This document shows, piece by piece, positions 47,346 through 63,069 of a stretch of DNA of 64,000 bases. Under the pieces are notes generated by a model. It was not told where the DNA came from, did no database searches, and saw only the letters and a program-made list of their open reading frames with translations. The stretch lies in NCBI RefSeq assembly GCF_057098645.1, contig NZ_CM169472.1. One strand, written 5' to 3'. The translations under genes were made by a program, and so were the position numbers. Position 1 is the stretch's first letter. Every line of letters starts with the position of its first letter.

Positions 47346-47744
47346 TTAGCGGAAGAGTTTCCCTTTCAGCAGTTCCATGCCTGCGGAAAGCAGATCGTTA
47401 TTGGCTTGTGGTGACACTTCACCTTGCGGTGAGAGCGCATCAATAATCTTCGGCAATTGTTCTGCCAGTAAACTGGAAGCTGTACTGGTATCCACGCCAA
47501 GTTTTTGCCCGAGATCGGACACCGCATTTGTGCCGAGCGCCGATTCCAGTTGTTCGCCGCTCACCGATTGATTGCCCTGTTGATTACTCAGCCAGGTTGA
47601 GAGAATGGCCCCTAAGCCGCCACTTTGCAGTTTTTCCAGCAGCACCTGAATGCCACCCTGCTCCTCAACCCAACTTAAAATCGCCTGATATTTCCCCGCA
47701 TCGCCTTTCAGAAAGGCGCCGACAACTTCATCAAAAAGCCCCAT
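47346..47744 (-). CDS. yidB: DUF937 protein YidB
   Basis: About 132 aa from MGLFDEVVGAFLKG... Confidence 0.85.
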   Translation of the reverse strand: MGLFDEVVGAFLKGDAGKYQAILSWVEEQGGIQVLLEKLQSGGLGAILSTWLSNQQGNQSVSGEQLESALGTNAVSDLGQKLGVDTSTASSLLAEQLPKIIDALSPQGEVSPQANNDLLSAGMELLKGKLFR

Positions 47745-47822
47745 GATAATCACCTGTAAAGCGTTACGTGTTGACCCAAAAAGTATAGAACTGCGGGATG
47801 ATAATTGCGGATTGCAGAAATA

Positions 47823-47851
47823 AAAAGGGCGGAGATGATCTCCGCCCTTTT
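47823..47851 (-). terminator. rho-independent terminator downstream of gyrB
   Basis: Palindrome GGGCGGAGATCATCTCCGCCC followed by TTTTTATTT on the minus strand. Confidence 0.75.
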
Positions 47852-47867
47852 CTTATAGCTTCTTGCC

Positions 47868-47975
47868 GGATGCGGCGTGAACGCCTTATCCGGCCTACAA
47901 AAACATGCAAATTCAATATATTGCAGGGGTCTCGTAGGCCTGATAAGCGTAGCGCATCAGGCACGCTCGCATGGT
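47868..47975. repeat. REP/BIME repeats between yidB and gyrB
   Basis: GCCGGATGCGGCGTGAACGCCTTATCCGGCCTACA and inverted partner ...GTAGGCCTGATAAGCGTAGCGCATCAGGC... Confidence 0.85.
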
Positions 47976-47983
47976 TAACGCCA

Positions 47984-51499
<3,516 letters not shown>

Positions 51500-51500
<1 letters not shown>

Positions 51501-52600
51501 TACAGTCTCATTGGCATGACAACATAAGCCGCGCTCTGGCTGGCTGCATCTTCAATCTGCACGCTGGAAACCGAATCGGTCAGCATCATGCGGACGTTTT
51601 CGCATTTCAGCGCGTTCAGAACATCCAGCACATAGCTGACGTTGAAGCCGATTTCCATCTCCGCACCGCTATAGGTAACGTCGAGGATCTCTTCCGCTTC
51701 TTCCTGTTCCGGGTTGTTGGCGGTGATTTTCAGCTGGTTTTCGCTGACATACAGGCGCACACCGCGGAATTTCTCGTTAGAGAGAATTGCCGCGCGAGCA
51801 AACGCCTGCTTGAGGAGATCGCAGCCTGCTTCCAGATGTTTGTCCGGGTTCTTCGGCAGAACGCGGCGATAATCCGGGAAGCGACCATCCACCAGTTTGG
51901 AGGTGAAGATAAAGTCGCCAACGTGGGCGCGAATGTTGTTGCTGCCAATCTGCACGCGCAGCGGATTATCGCCGCCGTCGAGCATACGCATCAGTTCAAT
52001 CACGCCTTTACGCGGCACGATCACCGAATGGCTTGGCAAAGATTGACCAATTGGCATTGAACAGACTGCCAGACGGTGACCATCGGTCGCCACGGTACGC
52101 AGTTCTTCACCTTCGGTTTCAAACAGCATACCGTTTAAGTAATAGCGAACGTCCTGATGCGCCATCGAAAACTGGGTCGCTTCAATCAGACGCTTCATCG
52201 TCGCCTGCGGCAGGGTAAATTCGACTTCACTCTGCCAGTCATCGAGGTTCGGGAAATCCGCCGCTGGCAGGGTAGACAGCGAAAAACGGCTACGCCCGGA
52301 GCGCACCAGCATCCGCTCACCTTCCAGCTGCACGGCAATTTCCGCGCCTTCAGGCAGACCACGGCAGATATCAAAGAATTTGCGCGCCGGAACGGTCGTC
52401 GCCCCTGGCTCGTGTGGCTGAACCAGCGCAACGCGTGCCACCATTTCCATCTCGAGATCAGTACCGGTCAGCGACAACGTACCGTCAGCAACCTGTAACA
52501 GCAGATTACCGAGAATCGGTAGCGTAGGACGACCACCTAACGGACCGCTCACCTGTTGTAGCGGTTTTAATAAATGCTCACGTTCTACGGTAAATTTCAT
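51500..52600 (-). CDS. dnaN: DNA polymerase III beta sliding clamp
   Basis: 366 aa [37 protein letters not shown]... Confidence 0.98.
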
Positions 52601-52604
52601 AGGT

Positions 52605-54008
52605 TTACGATGACAATGTTCTGATTAAATTTGAAAAATCTTCTTTGATATCGTGGCTCTCTTCACGCAGCTGCTCGATCTTCCGGCAGGCATGAAGCAC
52701 CGTCGTGTGGTCACGACCACCAAACGCATCGCCAATCTCCGGCAGACTGTGGTTAGTCAGCTCTTTCGCCAGCGCCATCGCCATCTGACGCGGACGAGCC
52801 ACCGAGCGGGATCGACGCTTGGAAAGGAGATCCGCGACTTTGATCTTGTAGTACTCCGCCACCGTCTTCTGAATATTGTCGATGGTGACCAGTTTTTCCT
52901 GCAATGCCAGCAAGTCGCGCAGCGCCTCACGCACGAAGTCGATGGTGATCGCCCGTCCGGTAAAGTTGGCGTTAGCAATAACGCGGTTCAGCGCGCCTTC
53001 CAGCTCACGTACGTTAGATCGTAGACGCTTGGCGATAAAGAACGCCACTTCACCTGGCAAACGAATGTCATTTTCGTCGGCCTTTTTCATCAGGATCGCC
53101 ACGCGGGTTTCTAACTCTGGCGGTTCGATCGCCACAGTCAGCCCCCAGCCGAAGCGGGATTTCAAACGATCCTCAACGCCGTTGATCTCTTTCGGATAGC
53201 GATCCGAGGTGAGAATGATCTGTTGATTACCTTCCAGCAGGGCGTTGAAGGTGTGGAAAAACTCTTCCTGAGATCGTTCTTTATTAGCAAAAAACTGAAT
53301 ATCGTCGATCAGCAGTGCATCTACGGAACGGTAGTAGCGTTTAAACTCTTCGATCGCGTTGTTTTGCAGGGCTTTAACCATGTCCTGAACAAAGCGCTCG
53401 GAGTGCATATAAACCACTTTGGCATTCGGCTTGCGCGCCATAATGCCGTTCCCCACCGCATGCAGCAGGTGAGTTTTACCCAGACCCGTGCCGCCATAAA
53501 GGAACAACGGGTTATAGGCACCGCCAGGGTTATCCGCCACCTGGCGAGCCGCCGCGCGCGCCAGTTGGTTAGATTTACCTTCAACGAAGTTATCAAACGT
53601 GTGTTTGACGTTTACGTTAGAACGATAGGTCGGTTCTGCCGGGGCCGGGACGTTATCCCAACCTGAGCGCGTAGAAGGCGCAGCACGTTGCGGCTGCGTT
53701 TGCGCCACCTGTGCAGGGGCCGCGACGTTGCTCGTCACTGCCGCTTGTGGCGTTTGCGTCACCGGTTTGGTGCCGACTTCAAAACGCAGCTGTGGGGCAT
53801 CCGCTCCGCAGAAACTGGTTAGCAGTCCATTGATATTATTAAGGTACTTGTCCCGTACCCAATCGAGGACAAAACGGTTTGGCGCGTACAGGGCCAGCGT
53901 GTTATCGCTCAGTTCCGCCTGCAATGGGCGTATCCACATACTGAATTCTGTGGCTGGTAACTCATCCTGCAATCGGGCAAGACACTGCTGCCAAAGCGAA
54001 AGTGACAC
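52605..54008 (-). CDS. dnaA: chromosomal replication initiator DnaA
   Basis: 467 aa from GTG start ([17 protein letters not shown]...); AAA+ Walker [11 protein letters not shown]. Confidence 0.97.
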
Positions 54009-54131
54009 GGCGGACTCCACTCGAACAAAAGTCGATAATGACTAAGGCTGAAACATTCATGATTGTTGACGTACGTCGAAAAGACCCTGCTTGAGGGTGA
54101 CGCACGAACCGCTGTCTGCGGTTATATGCCC

Positions 54132-54226
54132 GATCAAGATCCTGCAAAACGATCGGGACCGCGGATCATAGCCTAAACTGCGCAAGAGATCTTCTGTTTC
54201 TCACAGATTTTCCCGATTTATCCACA
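54132..54226. promoter_or_regulatory. dnaA promoter region: GATC cluster and DnaA box
   Basis: Five GATC sites within 54132..54191 and TTATCCACA at 54218..54226, upstream of dnaA. Confidence 0.8.
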
Positions 54227-54602
54227 GGATGATCCAGAACTCGCTAAGTGTAAACGATCCTGCCGCGAGGCGGGCACGATTTACGCCGCATATTGGAAAA
54301 TTTAATGACCATAGACAAAAATTGGCTTAATCGATCTAATAAAGATCCAGGACGATCCTTGCGCTTTACCCATCAGCCCGTATAATCCTCCACCCGGCGC
54401 GCCATGCTGGTTTTCACTGGTGTGAGGCCGTACGTTTTCCCTGCGAAAAGGTGCGGAAAAGCGCGGTAAATAAGGAAAGAGAATTGACTCCGGAGTGTAC
54501 AATTATTACAATCCGGCCTCTTTAATCACCCATGGCTTCGGTGTCCATCGTTTCATTTTTCGGCGGATATCCAATAAAGCCATTGAATTTATTCAAGTTT
54601 AG

Positions 54603-54755
<153 letters not shown>

Positions 54756-54771
54756 TAAAGCTAACCCCTGA

Positions 54772-55131
54772 GTGGTTAAGCTCGCATTTCCCAGGGAGTT
54801 ACGCTTGTTAACTCCCAGTCAATTCACATTCGTCTTCCAGCAGCCACAACGGGCTGGCACGCCGCAAATTACCATTCTCGGCCGCCTGAATTCGCTGGGG
54901 CATCCCCGTATCGGTCTTACAGTCGCCAAGAAAAACGTTCGACGCGCCCATGAACGCAATCGGATTAAACGTCTGACGCGTGAAAGCTTCCGTCTGCGCC
55001 AACATGAACTCCCGGCTATGGATTTCGTGGTGGTGGCGAAAAAAGGGGTTGCCGACCTCGATAACCGTGCTCTCTCGGAAGCGTTGGAAAAATTATGGCG
55101 CCGCCACTGTCGCCTGGCTCGCGGGTCCTGA
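54772..55131 (+). CDS. rnpA: RNase P protein component
   Basis: 119 aa from GTG start: [31 protein letters not shown]... Confidence 0.97.
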
Positions 55132-55352
55132 TAGCCCTCATTCGGGTCTATCAACGCCTGATTAGTCCGCTACTCGGGCCGCATTGTCGTTTCACTCCAA
55201 CCTGTTCAAGCTACGGAATTGAGGCATTGCGCAGGTTTGGAGTGATAAAAGGCAGTTGGTTGACGGTGAAACGCGTATTAAAATGCCACCCTTTACACCC
55301 TGGTGGTGACGATCCCGTCCCGCCCGGACCATTTGATACCAGAGAACACTAA
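55095..55352 (+). CDS. yidD: membrane protein insertion efficiency factor YidD
   Basis: 85 aa ...[18 protein letters not shown]...; overlaps the rnpA 3' end. Confidence 0.93.
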
Positions 55353-55354
55353 CG

Positions 55355-57001
55355 ATGGATTCGCAACGCAATCTTTTAGTCATCGCTTTGCTGTTCGTGT
55401 CTTTCATGATCTGGCAAGCCTGGGAGCAGGATAAAAACCCGCAACCTCAGGCCCAACAGACCACGCAGACAACGACCACCGCAGCGGGTAGCGCCGCCGA
55501 CCAGGGCGTACCGGCCAGTGGCCAGGGGAAACTGATCTCGGTTAAGACCGACGTGCTTGATCTGACCATCAACACCCGTGGTGGTGATGTTGAGCAAGCT
55601 CTGCTGCCTGCTTACCCGAAAGAGCTGAACTCTACCCAGCCGTTCCAGCTGCTGGAAACTTCACCGCAGTTTATTTATCAGGCACAGAGCGGTCTGACCG
55701 GTCGTGATGGCCCGGATAACCCGGCTAACGGCCCGCGTCCGCTGTATAACGTTGAAAAAGACGCTTATGTGCTGGCTGAAGGTCAAAACGAACTGCAGGT
55801 GCCGATGACGTATACCGACGCGGCAGGCAACACGTTTACCAAAACGTTTGTCCTGAAACGTGGTGATTACGCTGTCAACGTCAACTACAACGTGCAGAAC
55901 GCTGGCGAGAAACCGCTGGAAATCTCCTCGTTTGGTCAGTTGAAGCAATCCATCACTCTGCCACCGCATCTCGATACCGGAAGCAGCAACTTCGCACTGC
56001 ACACCTTCCGTGGCGCGGCGTACTCTACGCCTGACGAGAAGTACGAGAAATACAAGTTCGATACCATTGCCGATAACGAAAACCTGAACATCTCTTCGAA
56101 AGGTGGTTGGGTGGCAATGCTGCAACAGTATTTCGCGACAGCGTGGATCCCGCATAACGACGGTACCAATAACTTCTATACCGCTAATCTGGGTAACGGC
56201 ATCGCCGCTATCGGCTATAAATCTCAGCCGGTACTGGTTCAGCCTGGTCAGACTGGCGCGATGAACAGCACCCTGTGGGTTGGCCCGGAAATCCAGGACA
56301 AAATGGCAGCTGTTGCTCCGCACCTGGATCTGACCGTTGATTACGGTTGGTTGTGGTTCATCTCTCAACCGCTGTTCAAACTGCTGAAATGGATCCATAG
56401 CTTTGTGGGTAACTGGGGCTTCTCCATTATCATCATCACCTTTATCGTTCGTGGCATCATGTACCCGCTGACCAAAGCGCAGTACACCTCCATGGCGAAG
56501 ATGCGTATGCTGCAGCCGAAGATTCAGGCAATGCGTGAGCGTCTGGGCGATGACAAACAGCGTATCAGCCAGGAAATGATGGCGCTGTACAAAGCTGAGA
56601 AGGTTAACCCGCTGGGCGGCTGCTTCCCGCTGCTGATCCAGATGCCAATCTTCCTGGCGTTGTACTACATGCTGATGGGTTCCGTTGAACTGCGTCAGGC
56701 ACCGTTTGCACTGTGGATCCACGACCTCTCGGCACAGGACCCGTACTACATCCTGCCGATCCTGATGGGCGTAACGATGTTCTTCATTCAGAAGATGTCG
56801 CCGACCACAGTGACCGACCCGATGCAGCAGAAGATCATGACCTTTATGCCGGTCATCTTCACCGTGTTCTTCCTGTGGTTCCCGTCAGGTCTGGTGCTGT
56901 ACTATATCGTCAGCAACCTGGTAACCATTATCCAGCAGCAGCTGATTTACCGTGGTCTGGAAAAACGTGGCCTGCATAGCCGCGAGAAGAAAAAATCCTG
57001 A
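55355..57001 (+). CDS. yidC: membrane protein insertase YidC
   Basis: 548 aa [26 protein letters not shown]... Confidence 0.98.
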
Positions 57002-57022
57002 TTCGGTGAGTTTTCGCTAAAA

Positions 57023-57052
57023 TAAGGGCGGTCAGTTGACCGCCTTTTTTCT
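57023..57052 (+). terminator. rho-independent terminator after yidC
   Basis: GGGCGGTCAGTTGACCGCCC followed by TTTTTTCTTTTC. Confidence 0.8.
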
Positions 57053-57106
57053 TTTCGTAGGGCGGATAAGCACCGCGCATCCGCCACACAAAGCAACAGG
57101 AACATC

Positions 57107-58471
57107 ATGAGCGATAATGACACTATCGTAGCCCAGGCCACGCCTCCGGGACGTGGCGGCGTTGGCATCCTGCGCATCTCCGGCTTCAAAGCCCGTGAAG
57201 TTGCCGAAACCGTGCTGGGTAAACTGCCTAAGCCGCGCTACGCCGATTATCTTCCGTTTAAAGACGCCGACGGCAGCGTGCTCGATCAGGGGATTGCGCT
57301 ATGGTTCCCTGGCCCGAACTCGTTCACCGGCGAAGATGTGCTGGAACTGCAGGGTCATGGCGGTCCGGTGATCCTCGACCTGCTGTTAAAACGCATTCTG
57401 ACCATTCCCGGCCTGCGGATTGCTCGCCCTGGTGAGTTTTCCGAACGCGCGTTTCTTAACGATAAACTCGACTTAGCCCAGGCCGAGGCGATTGCCGATC
57501 TTATCGACGCCAGTTCGGAACAGGCGGCCCGTTCGGCACTTAACTCGCTGCAAGGCGCATTCTCCGCACGGGTTAATCATCTGGTAGAAGCCCTCACCCA
57601 CTTGCGCATTTACGTTGAAGCGGCAATTGATTTCCCCGATGAAGAGATCGATTTCCTCTCCGACGGAAAAATTGAAGCCCAGCTTAATGACGTGATTGCC
57701 GATCTCGATGCAGTGCGTGCTGAAGCACGTCAGGGTAGTTTGTTGCGCGAAGGGATGAAGGTGGTGATTGCCGGACGTCCTAATGCCGGTAAATCGAGCC
57801 TGTTAAACGCGCTGGCGGGCCGTGAAGCGGCAATCGTAACCGATATCGCCGGAACCACGCGTGACGTGCTGCGTGAGCATATCCATATTGACGGAATGCC
57901 GCTGCATATCATCGATACCGCCGGGCTACGTGAAGCCAGTGACGAAGTGGAACGTATTGGGATCGAGCGCGCGTGGCAGGAAATTGAACAGGCCGACCGC
58001 GTGCTGTTTATGGTCGATGGCACCACGACAGACGCCGTTGATCCGGCAGAGATCTGGCCGGAATTTATCGCCCGTCTGCCCGCGAAACTGCCGATCACCG
58101 TGGTGCGCAATAAAGCCGATATCACCGGCGAAACGCTGGGAATAAGTGAAGTGAACGGTCACGCGTTAATTCGTCTGTCTGCAAGGACTGGCGAAGGCGT
58201 GGACGTGCTGCGTAACCATCTCAAACAGAGCATGGGCTTTGACACCAACATGGAAGGCGGCTTCCTGGCGCGCCGTCGCCACCTACAGGCGCTGGAACAG
58301 GCAGCGGAGCATTTGCAGCAAGGTAAAGCGCAACTATTAGGTGCCTGGGCAGGCGAACTACTGGCAGAAGAGTTGCGCCTGGCGCAGCAGAACTTAAGCG
58401 AAATCACCGGGGAATTTACCTCTGACGACCTGCTGGGGCGGATTTTCTCCAGCTTCTGTATTGGTAAGTAA
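57107..58471 (+). CDS. mnmE: tRNA modification GTPase MnmE (TrmE)
   Basis: 454 aa with G-domain motifs ([14 protein letters not shown]) and C-terminal CIGK. Confidence 0.98.
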   Translation: MSDNDTIVAQATPPGRGGVGILRISGFKAREVAETVLGKLPKPRYADYLPFKDADGSVLDQGIALWFPGPNSFTGEDVLELQGHGGPVILDLLLKRILTIPGLRIARPGEFSERAFLNDKLDLAQAEAIADLIDASSEQAARSALNSLQGAFSARVNHLVEALTHLRIYVEAAIDFPDEEIDFLSDGKIEAQLNDVIADLDAVRAEARQGSLLREGMKVVIAGRPNAGKSSLLNALAGREAAIVTDIAGTTRDVLREHIHIDGMPLHIIDTAGLREASDEVERIGIERAWQEIEQADRVLFMVDGTTTDAVDPAEIWPEFIARLPAKLPITVVRNKADITGETLGISEVNGHALIRLSARTGEGVDVLRNHLKQSMGFDTNMEGGFLARRRHLQALEQAAEHLQQGKAQLLGAWAGELLAEELRLAQQNLSEITGEFTSDDLLGRIFSSFCIGK

Positions 58472-58713
58472 CCGCGCTTACGAAGCCGCATTCTGACTGT
58501 CAGATGCGGCTTCGCTTCATTATTAGCACTCCTGTTATTCCTCAACCCTTTTTTTAAACATTAAAATTCTTACGTAATTTATACTCTTTAAAAAAAGCAT
58601 TTAATATTGCGTCCCGAACGATTGTGATTCTATTCACATTTAAACAATTTCAGAATAGACAAATTTCTTGAGTATTATACTGTAGCTTCGTGTCTTTCGA
58701 GGATAAGTGCATT

Positions 58714-58788
58714 ATGAATATCTTACATATATGTGTGACCTCAAAATGGTTCAATATTGACAACAAGATTGTCGATCACCGCCCTTGA
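58714..58788 (+). CDS. tnaC: tryptophanase operon leader peptide TnaC
   Basis: Translation MNILHICVTSKWFNIDNKIVDHRP (24 aa) with the regulatory Trp12 and Pro24-stop arrangement. Confidence 0.95.
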   Translation: MNILHICVTSKWFNIDNKIVDHRP

Positions 58789-59008
58789 TTTGCCCTTCTG
58801 TAGCCATCACCAGAGCCAAACCGATTAGATTCAATGTGATCTATTTGTTTGCTATATCTTAAATTTGCCTTTTGTAAAGGCCATCTCTCGTTTATTTACT
58901 TGTTTTAGTAAATGATGGTGCTTGCATATATATCTGGCAAATTAATCGGTATTGCAGATGTAATATTCACAGGGATCACTGTAATTAAAATAAATGAAGG
59001 ATTATGTA
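58789..59008 (+). promoter_or_regulatory. tnaC-tnaA spacer (expected Rho-dependent attenuation region)
   Basis: About 220 nt untranslated spacer immediately after the tnaC stop; role inferred from known tna operon architecture. Confidence 0.65.
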
Positions 59009-60424
59009 ATGGAAAACTTTAAACATCTCCCTGAACCGTTCCGCATTCGTGTTATTGAGCCAGTAAAACGTACCACTCGCGCTTATCGTGAAGAGGCAAT
59101 TATTAAATCCGGTATGAACCCGTTCCTGCTGGATAGCGAAGATGTGTTTATCGATTTACTGACCGACAGCGGCACCGGGGCGGTGACGCAGAGTATGCAG
59201 GCCGCGATGATGCGCGGCGACGAAGCTTACAGCGGCAGCCGCAGCTACTATGCGTTAGCCGAGTCAGTGAAAAATATCTTTGGTTATCAATACACCATTC
59301 CGACTCACCAGGGCCGTGGTGCAGAACAAATCTATATTCCGGTACTGATTAAAAAACGCGAGCAGGAAAAAGGCCTGGATCGCAGCAAAATGGTGGCGTT
59401 CTCTAACTATTTCTTTGATACCACGCAGGGCCATAGCCAGATTAACGGCTGTACCGTGCGTAACGTCTATATCAAAGAAGCCTTCGATACGGGCGTGCGT
59501 TACGACTTTAAAGGCAACTTTGACCTTGAGGGATTAGAACGCGGTATTGAAGAAGTTGGTCCGAATAACGTGCCGTATATCGTTGCAACCATCACCAGTA
59601 ACTCCGCAGGCGGTCAGCCGGTTTCACTGGCAAATTTAAAAGCGATGTACAGCATCGCGAAGAAATACGATATTCCGGTGGTAATGGACTCTGCACGCTT
59701 TGCTGAAAACGCCTATTTCATCAAGCAGCGTGAAGCAGAATACAAAGACTGGACCATCGAGCAGATCACCCGCGAAACCTACAAATATGCCGATATGCTG
59801 GCGATGTCCGCCAAGAAAGATGCGATGGTGCCGATGGGCGGCTTGCTGTGCATGAAAGACGACAGCTTCTTTGATGTGTATACCGAGTGCAGAACCCTTT
59901 GCGTGGTACAGGAAGGCTTCCCGACATATGGCGGCCTGGAAGGCGGCGCGATGGAGCGTCTGGCCGTAGGTCTGTATGACGGCATGAATCTGGACTGGCT
60001 GGCTTATCGTATTGCGCAGGTGCAGTATCTGGTCGATGGTCTGGAAGAGATTGGCGTTGTCTGCCAGCAGGCGGGCGGTCACGCGGCATTCGTTGATGCC
60101 GGTAAACTGTTGCCGCATATCCCGGCAGATCAGTTCCCGGCACAGGCGCTGGCCTGCGAGCTGTATAAAGTCGCCGGTATCCGTGCGGTAGAAATTGGCT
60201 CTTTCCTGTTAGGCCGCGATCCGAAAACCGGTAAACAACTGCCATGCCCGGCAGAACTACTGCGTTTAACCATTCCGCGCGCAACATATACTCAAACACA
60301 TATGGACTTCATTATTGAAGCCTTTAAACATGTGAAAGAGAACGCGGCGAATATTAAAGGGTTAACCTTTACCTACGAACCGAAAGTATTGCGTCACTTC
60401 ACCGCAAAACTGAAAGAAGTTTAA
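59009..60424 (+). CDS. tnaA: tryptophanase
   Basis: 471 aa from [33 protein letters not shown]... Confidence 0.98.
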
Positions 60425-60514
60425 TTAATACTACAGAGTGGCTATAAGGATGTTAGCCACTCTCTTACCCTACATCCTCAATAACAAAAATAGCCTTCCT
60501 CTAAAGGTGGCATC

Positions 60515-61762
60515 ATGACTGATCAAGCTGAAAAAAAGCACTCTGCATTTTGGGGTGTTATGGTTATAGCAGGTACAGTAATCGGTGGAGGTATGTTTGC
60601 TTTACCTGTTGATCTTGCCGGTGCCTGGTTTTTCTGGGGTGCCTTTATCCTTATCATTGCCTGGTTTTCAATGCTTCATTCCGGGTTATTGTTATTAGAA
60701 GCAAATTTAAATTATCCCGTCGGCTCCAGTTTTAACACCATCACCAAAGATTTAATCGGTAACACCTGGAACATTATCAGCGGTATTACCGTTGCCTTTG
60801 TTCTCTATATCCTCACTTATGCCTATATCTCTGCTAATGGTGCGATCATTAGTGAAACGATATCAATGAATTTGGGTTATCACGCTAATCCACGTATTGT
60901 CGGGATCTGCACAGCCATTTTCGTTGCCAGCGTATTGTGGATAAGCTCGTTAGCCGCCAGTCGTATTACCTCATTGTTCCTCGGGCTGAAGATTATCTCC
61001 TTTGTGATCGTGTTTGGTTCTTTCTTCTTCCAGGTCGATTACTCCATTCTGCGCGATGCCACCAGCTCCACTGCGGGAACGTCTTACTTCCCGTATATCT
61101 TTATGGCTTTGCCGGTGTGTCTGGCGTCATTTGGTTTCCACGGCAATATTCCCAGCCTGATTATTTGCTATGGCAAACGCAAAGATAAGCTAATCAAAAG
61201 CGTGGTCTTCGGTTCGCTGCTGGCGCTGGTGATTTATCTCTTCTGGCTCTATTGCACCATGGGGAATATTCCGCGAGAAAGCTTTAAGGCGATTATTTCC
61301 TCAGGCGGCAACGTTGATTCACTGGTGAAATCGTTCCTCGGCACCAAACAGCACGGCATTATCGAGTTTTGCCTGCTGGTGTTCTCCAACTTAGCTGTCG
61401 CCAGCTCGTTTTTTGGTGTCACGCTGGGATTGTTCGATTATCTGGCGGATCTGTTTAAGATTGATAACTCCCACGCCGGGCGTTTCAAAACCGTGCTGTT
61501 AACCTTCCTGCCACCCGCGTTGTTGTATCTGATCTTCCCGAACGGCTTTATTTACGGGATCGGCGGTGCCGGACTGTGCGCCACTATCTGGGCGGTCATT
61601 ATCCCCGCGGTGCTGGCAATAAAAGCTCGCAAGAAGTTTCCCAATCAGATGTTCACGGTCTGGGGTGGCAATCTTATTCCGGCGATTGTCATTCTCTTTG
61701 GTATAACCGTAATTTTGTGCTGGTTCGGCAACGTCTTTAACGTGTTACCTAAATTTGGCTAA
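60515..61762 (+). CDS. tnaB: low-affinity tryptophan permease TnaB
   Basis: 415 aa aromatic amino acid permease family ORF downstream of tnaA. Confidence 0.97.
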   Translation: MTDQAEKKHSAFWGVMVIAGTVIGGGMFALPVDLAGAWFFWGAFILIIAWFSMLHSGLLLLEANLNYPVGSSFNTITKDLIGNTWNIISGITVAFVLYILTYAYISANGAIISETISMNLGYHANPRIVGICTAIFVASVLWISSLAASRITSLFLGLKIISFVIVFGSFFFQVDYSILRDATSSTAGTSYFPYIFMALPVCLASFGFHGNIPSLIICYGKRKDKLIKSVVFGSLLALVIYLFWLYCTMGNIPRESFKAIISSGGNVDSLVKSFLGTKQHGIIEFCLLVFSNLAVASSFFGVTLGLFDYLADLFKIDNSHAGRFKTVLLTFLPPALLYLIFPNGFIYGIGGAGLCATIWAVIIPAVLAIKARKKFPNQMFTVWGGNLIPAIVILFGITVILCWFGNVFNVLPKFG

Positions 61763-61767
61763 ATCCT

Positions 61768-61797
61768 TCAAGAAGCCAGTCATTCGCTGGCTTCTTG
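61768..61797 (+). terminator. rho-independent terminator after tnaB
   Basis: Inverted repeat CAAGAAGCCAG...CTGGCTTCTTG immediately after the tnaB stop. Confidence 0.65.
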
Positions 61798-61893
61798 CCT
61801 CTCAGGAAATCACTTATGTCCAAATGGCAACTCGCCTGATCCTCCTTCACCACGTATGCTTTGCGTCACCTTACTATCAGGACGCTTTAGCCC

Positions 61894-63069
61894 ATGTCCC
61901 GCTTTTTGATTTGTAGTTTTGCCCTGGTTTTACTTTATCCCGCTGGGATTGATATGTACCTCGTTGGTTTACCGCGCATCGCCGCCGATCTCAATGCCAG
62001 CGAAGCGCAGTTACATATTGCGTTCTCCGTTTATCTGGCAGGTATGGCAGCTGCGATGTTATTTGCCGGTAAAGTGGCCGATCGTTCAGGGAGAAAACCG
62101 GTCGCCATACCCGGCGCGGCGCTATTTATTATCGCCTCGGTGTTCTGTTCACTGGCTGAAACCAGCACGTTATTTCTTGCAGGGCGCTTTCTACAGGGGT
62201 TGGGCGCGGGCTGTTGTTACGTGGTGGCATTCGCCATTTTGCGCGACACGCTGGATGATCGACGTCGGGCAAAAGTGCTGTCGTTACTCAACGGCATTAC
62301 CTGCATCATTCCGGTGTTAGCGCCGGTGCTCGGTCATCTGATTATGCTTAAATTCCCGTGGCAGAGTCTGTTCTGGACGATGGCAATAATGGGCATCGCG
62401 GTACTGATGTTGTCTTTGTTTATTTTAAAAGAAACGCGCCCTGCCGCCCCCGCAGCTTCGGACAAATCACGAGAAAATAGCGAGTCGCTGCTTAATCGGT
62501 TTTTCCTCAGCCGTGTTGTTATCACCACCCTCAGCGTTTCGGTGATCCTCACCTTCGTCAACACGTCGCCGGTATTGCTGATGGAAATCATGGGTTTTGA
62601 GCGCGGAGAATACGCCACCATTATGGCGTTGACCGCTGGCGTCAGCATGACCGTTTCATTTTCCACGCCATTTGCGCTGGGAATTTTTAAGCCACGTACG
62701 TTGATGATCACCTCACAGGTGTTATTCCTGGCGGCGGGCATCACTCTTACCGTTTCACCTTCCCATGCGGTTTCTCTGTTTGGTATCACGCTGATTTGCG
62801 CCGGTTTCTCGGTAGGTTTTGGTGTGGCGATGAGTCAGGCGTTAGGGCCGTTTTCATTACGCGCGGGCGTAGCCAGCTCGACCTTAGGTATTGCGCAGGT
62901 TTGCGGTTCGTCACTGTGGATTTGGCTGGCAGCGGTGGTTGGTATCGGCGCATGGAATATGCTGATCGGGATTCTGATTGCCTGTAGCATAGTGAGCCTG
63001 TTGCTGATTATGTTCGTCGCGCCTGGACGCCCGGTTGCCGCTCATGAAGAAATCCATCACCACGCTTGA
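61894..63069 (+). CDS. mdtL: MFS multidrug efflux transporter MdtL
   Basis: 391 aa [39 protein letters not shown]... Confidence 0.95.
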   Translation: MSRFLICSFALVLLYPAGIDMYLVGLPRIAADLNASEAQLHIAFSVYLAGMAAAMLFAGKVADRSGRKPVAIPGAALFIIASVFCSLAETSTLFLAGRFLQGLGAGCCYVVAFAILRDTLDDRRRAKVLSLLNGITCIIPVLAPVLGHLIMLKFPWQSLFWTMAIMGIAVLMLSLFILKETRPAAPAASDKSRENSESLLNRFFLSRVVITTLSVSVILTFVNTSPVLLMEIMGFERGEYATIMALTAGVSMTVSFSTPFALGIFKPRTLMITSQVLFLAAGITLTVSPSHAVSLFGITLICAGFSVGFGVAMSQALGPFSLRAGVASSTLGIAQVCGSSLWIWLAAVVGIGAWNMLIGILIACSIVSLLLIMFVAPGRPVAAHEEIHHHA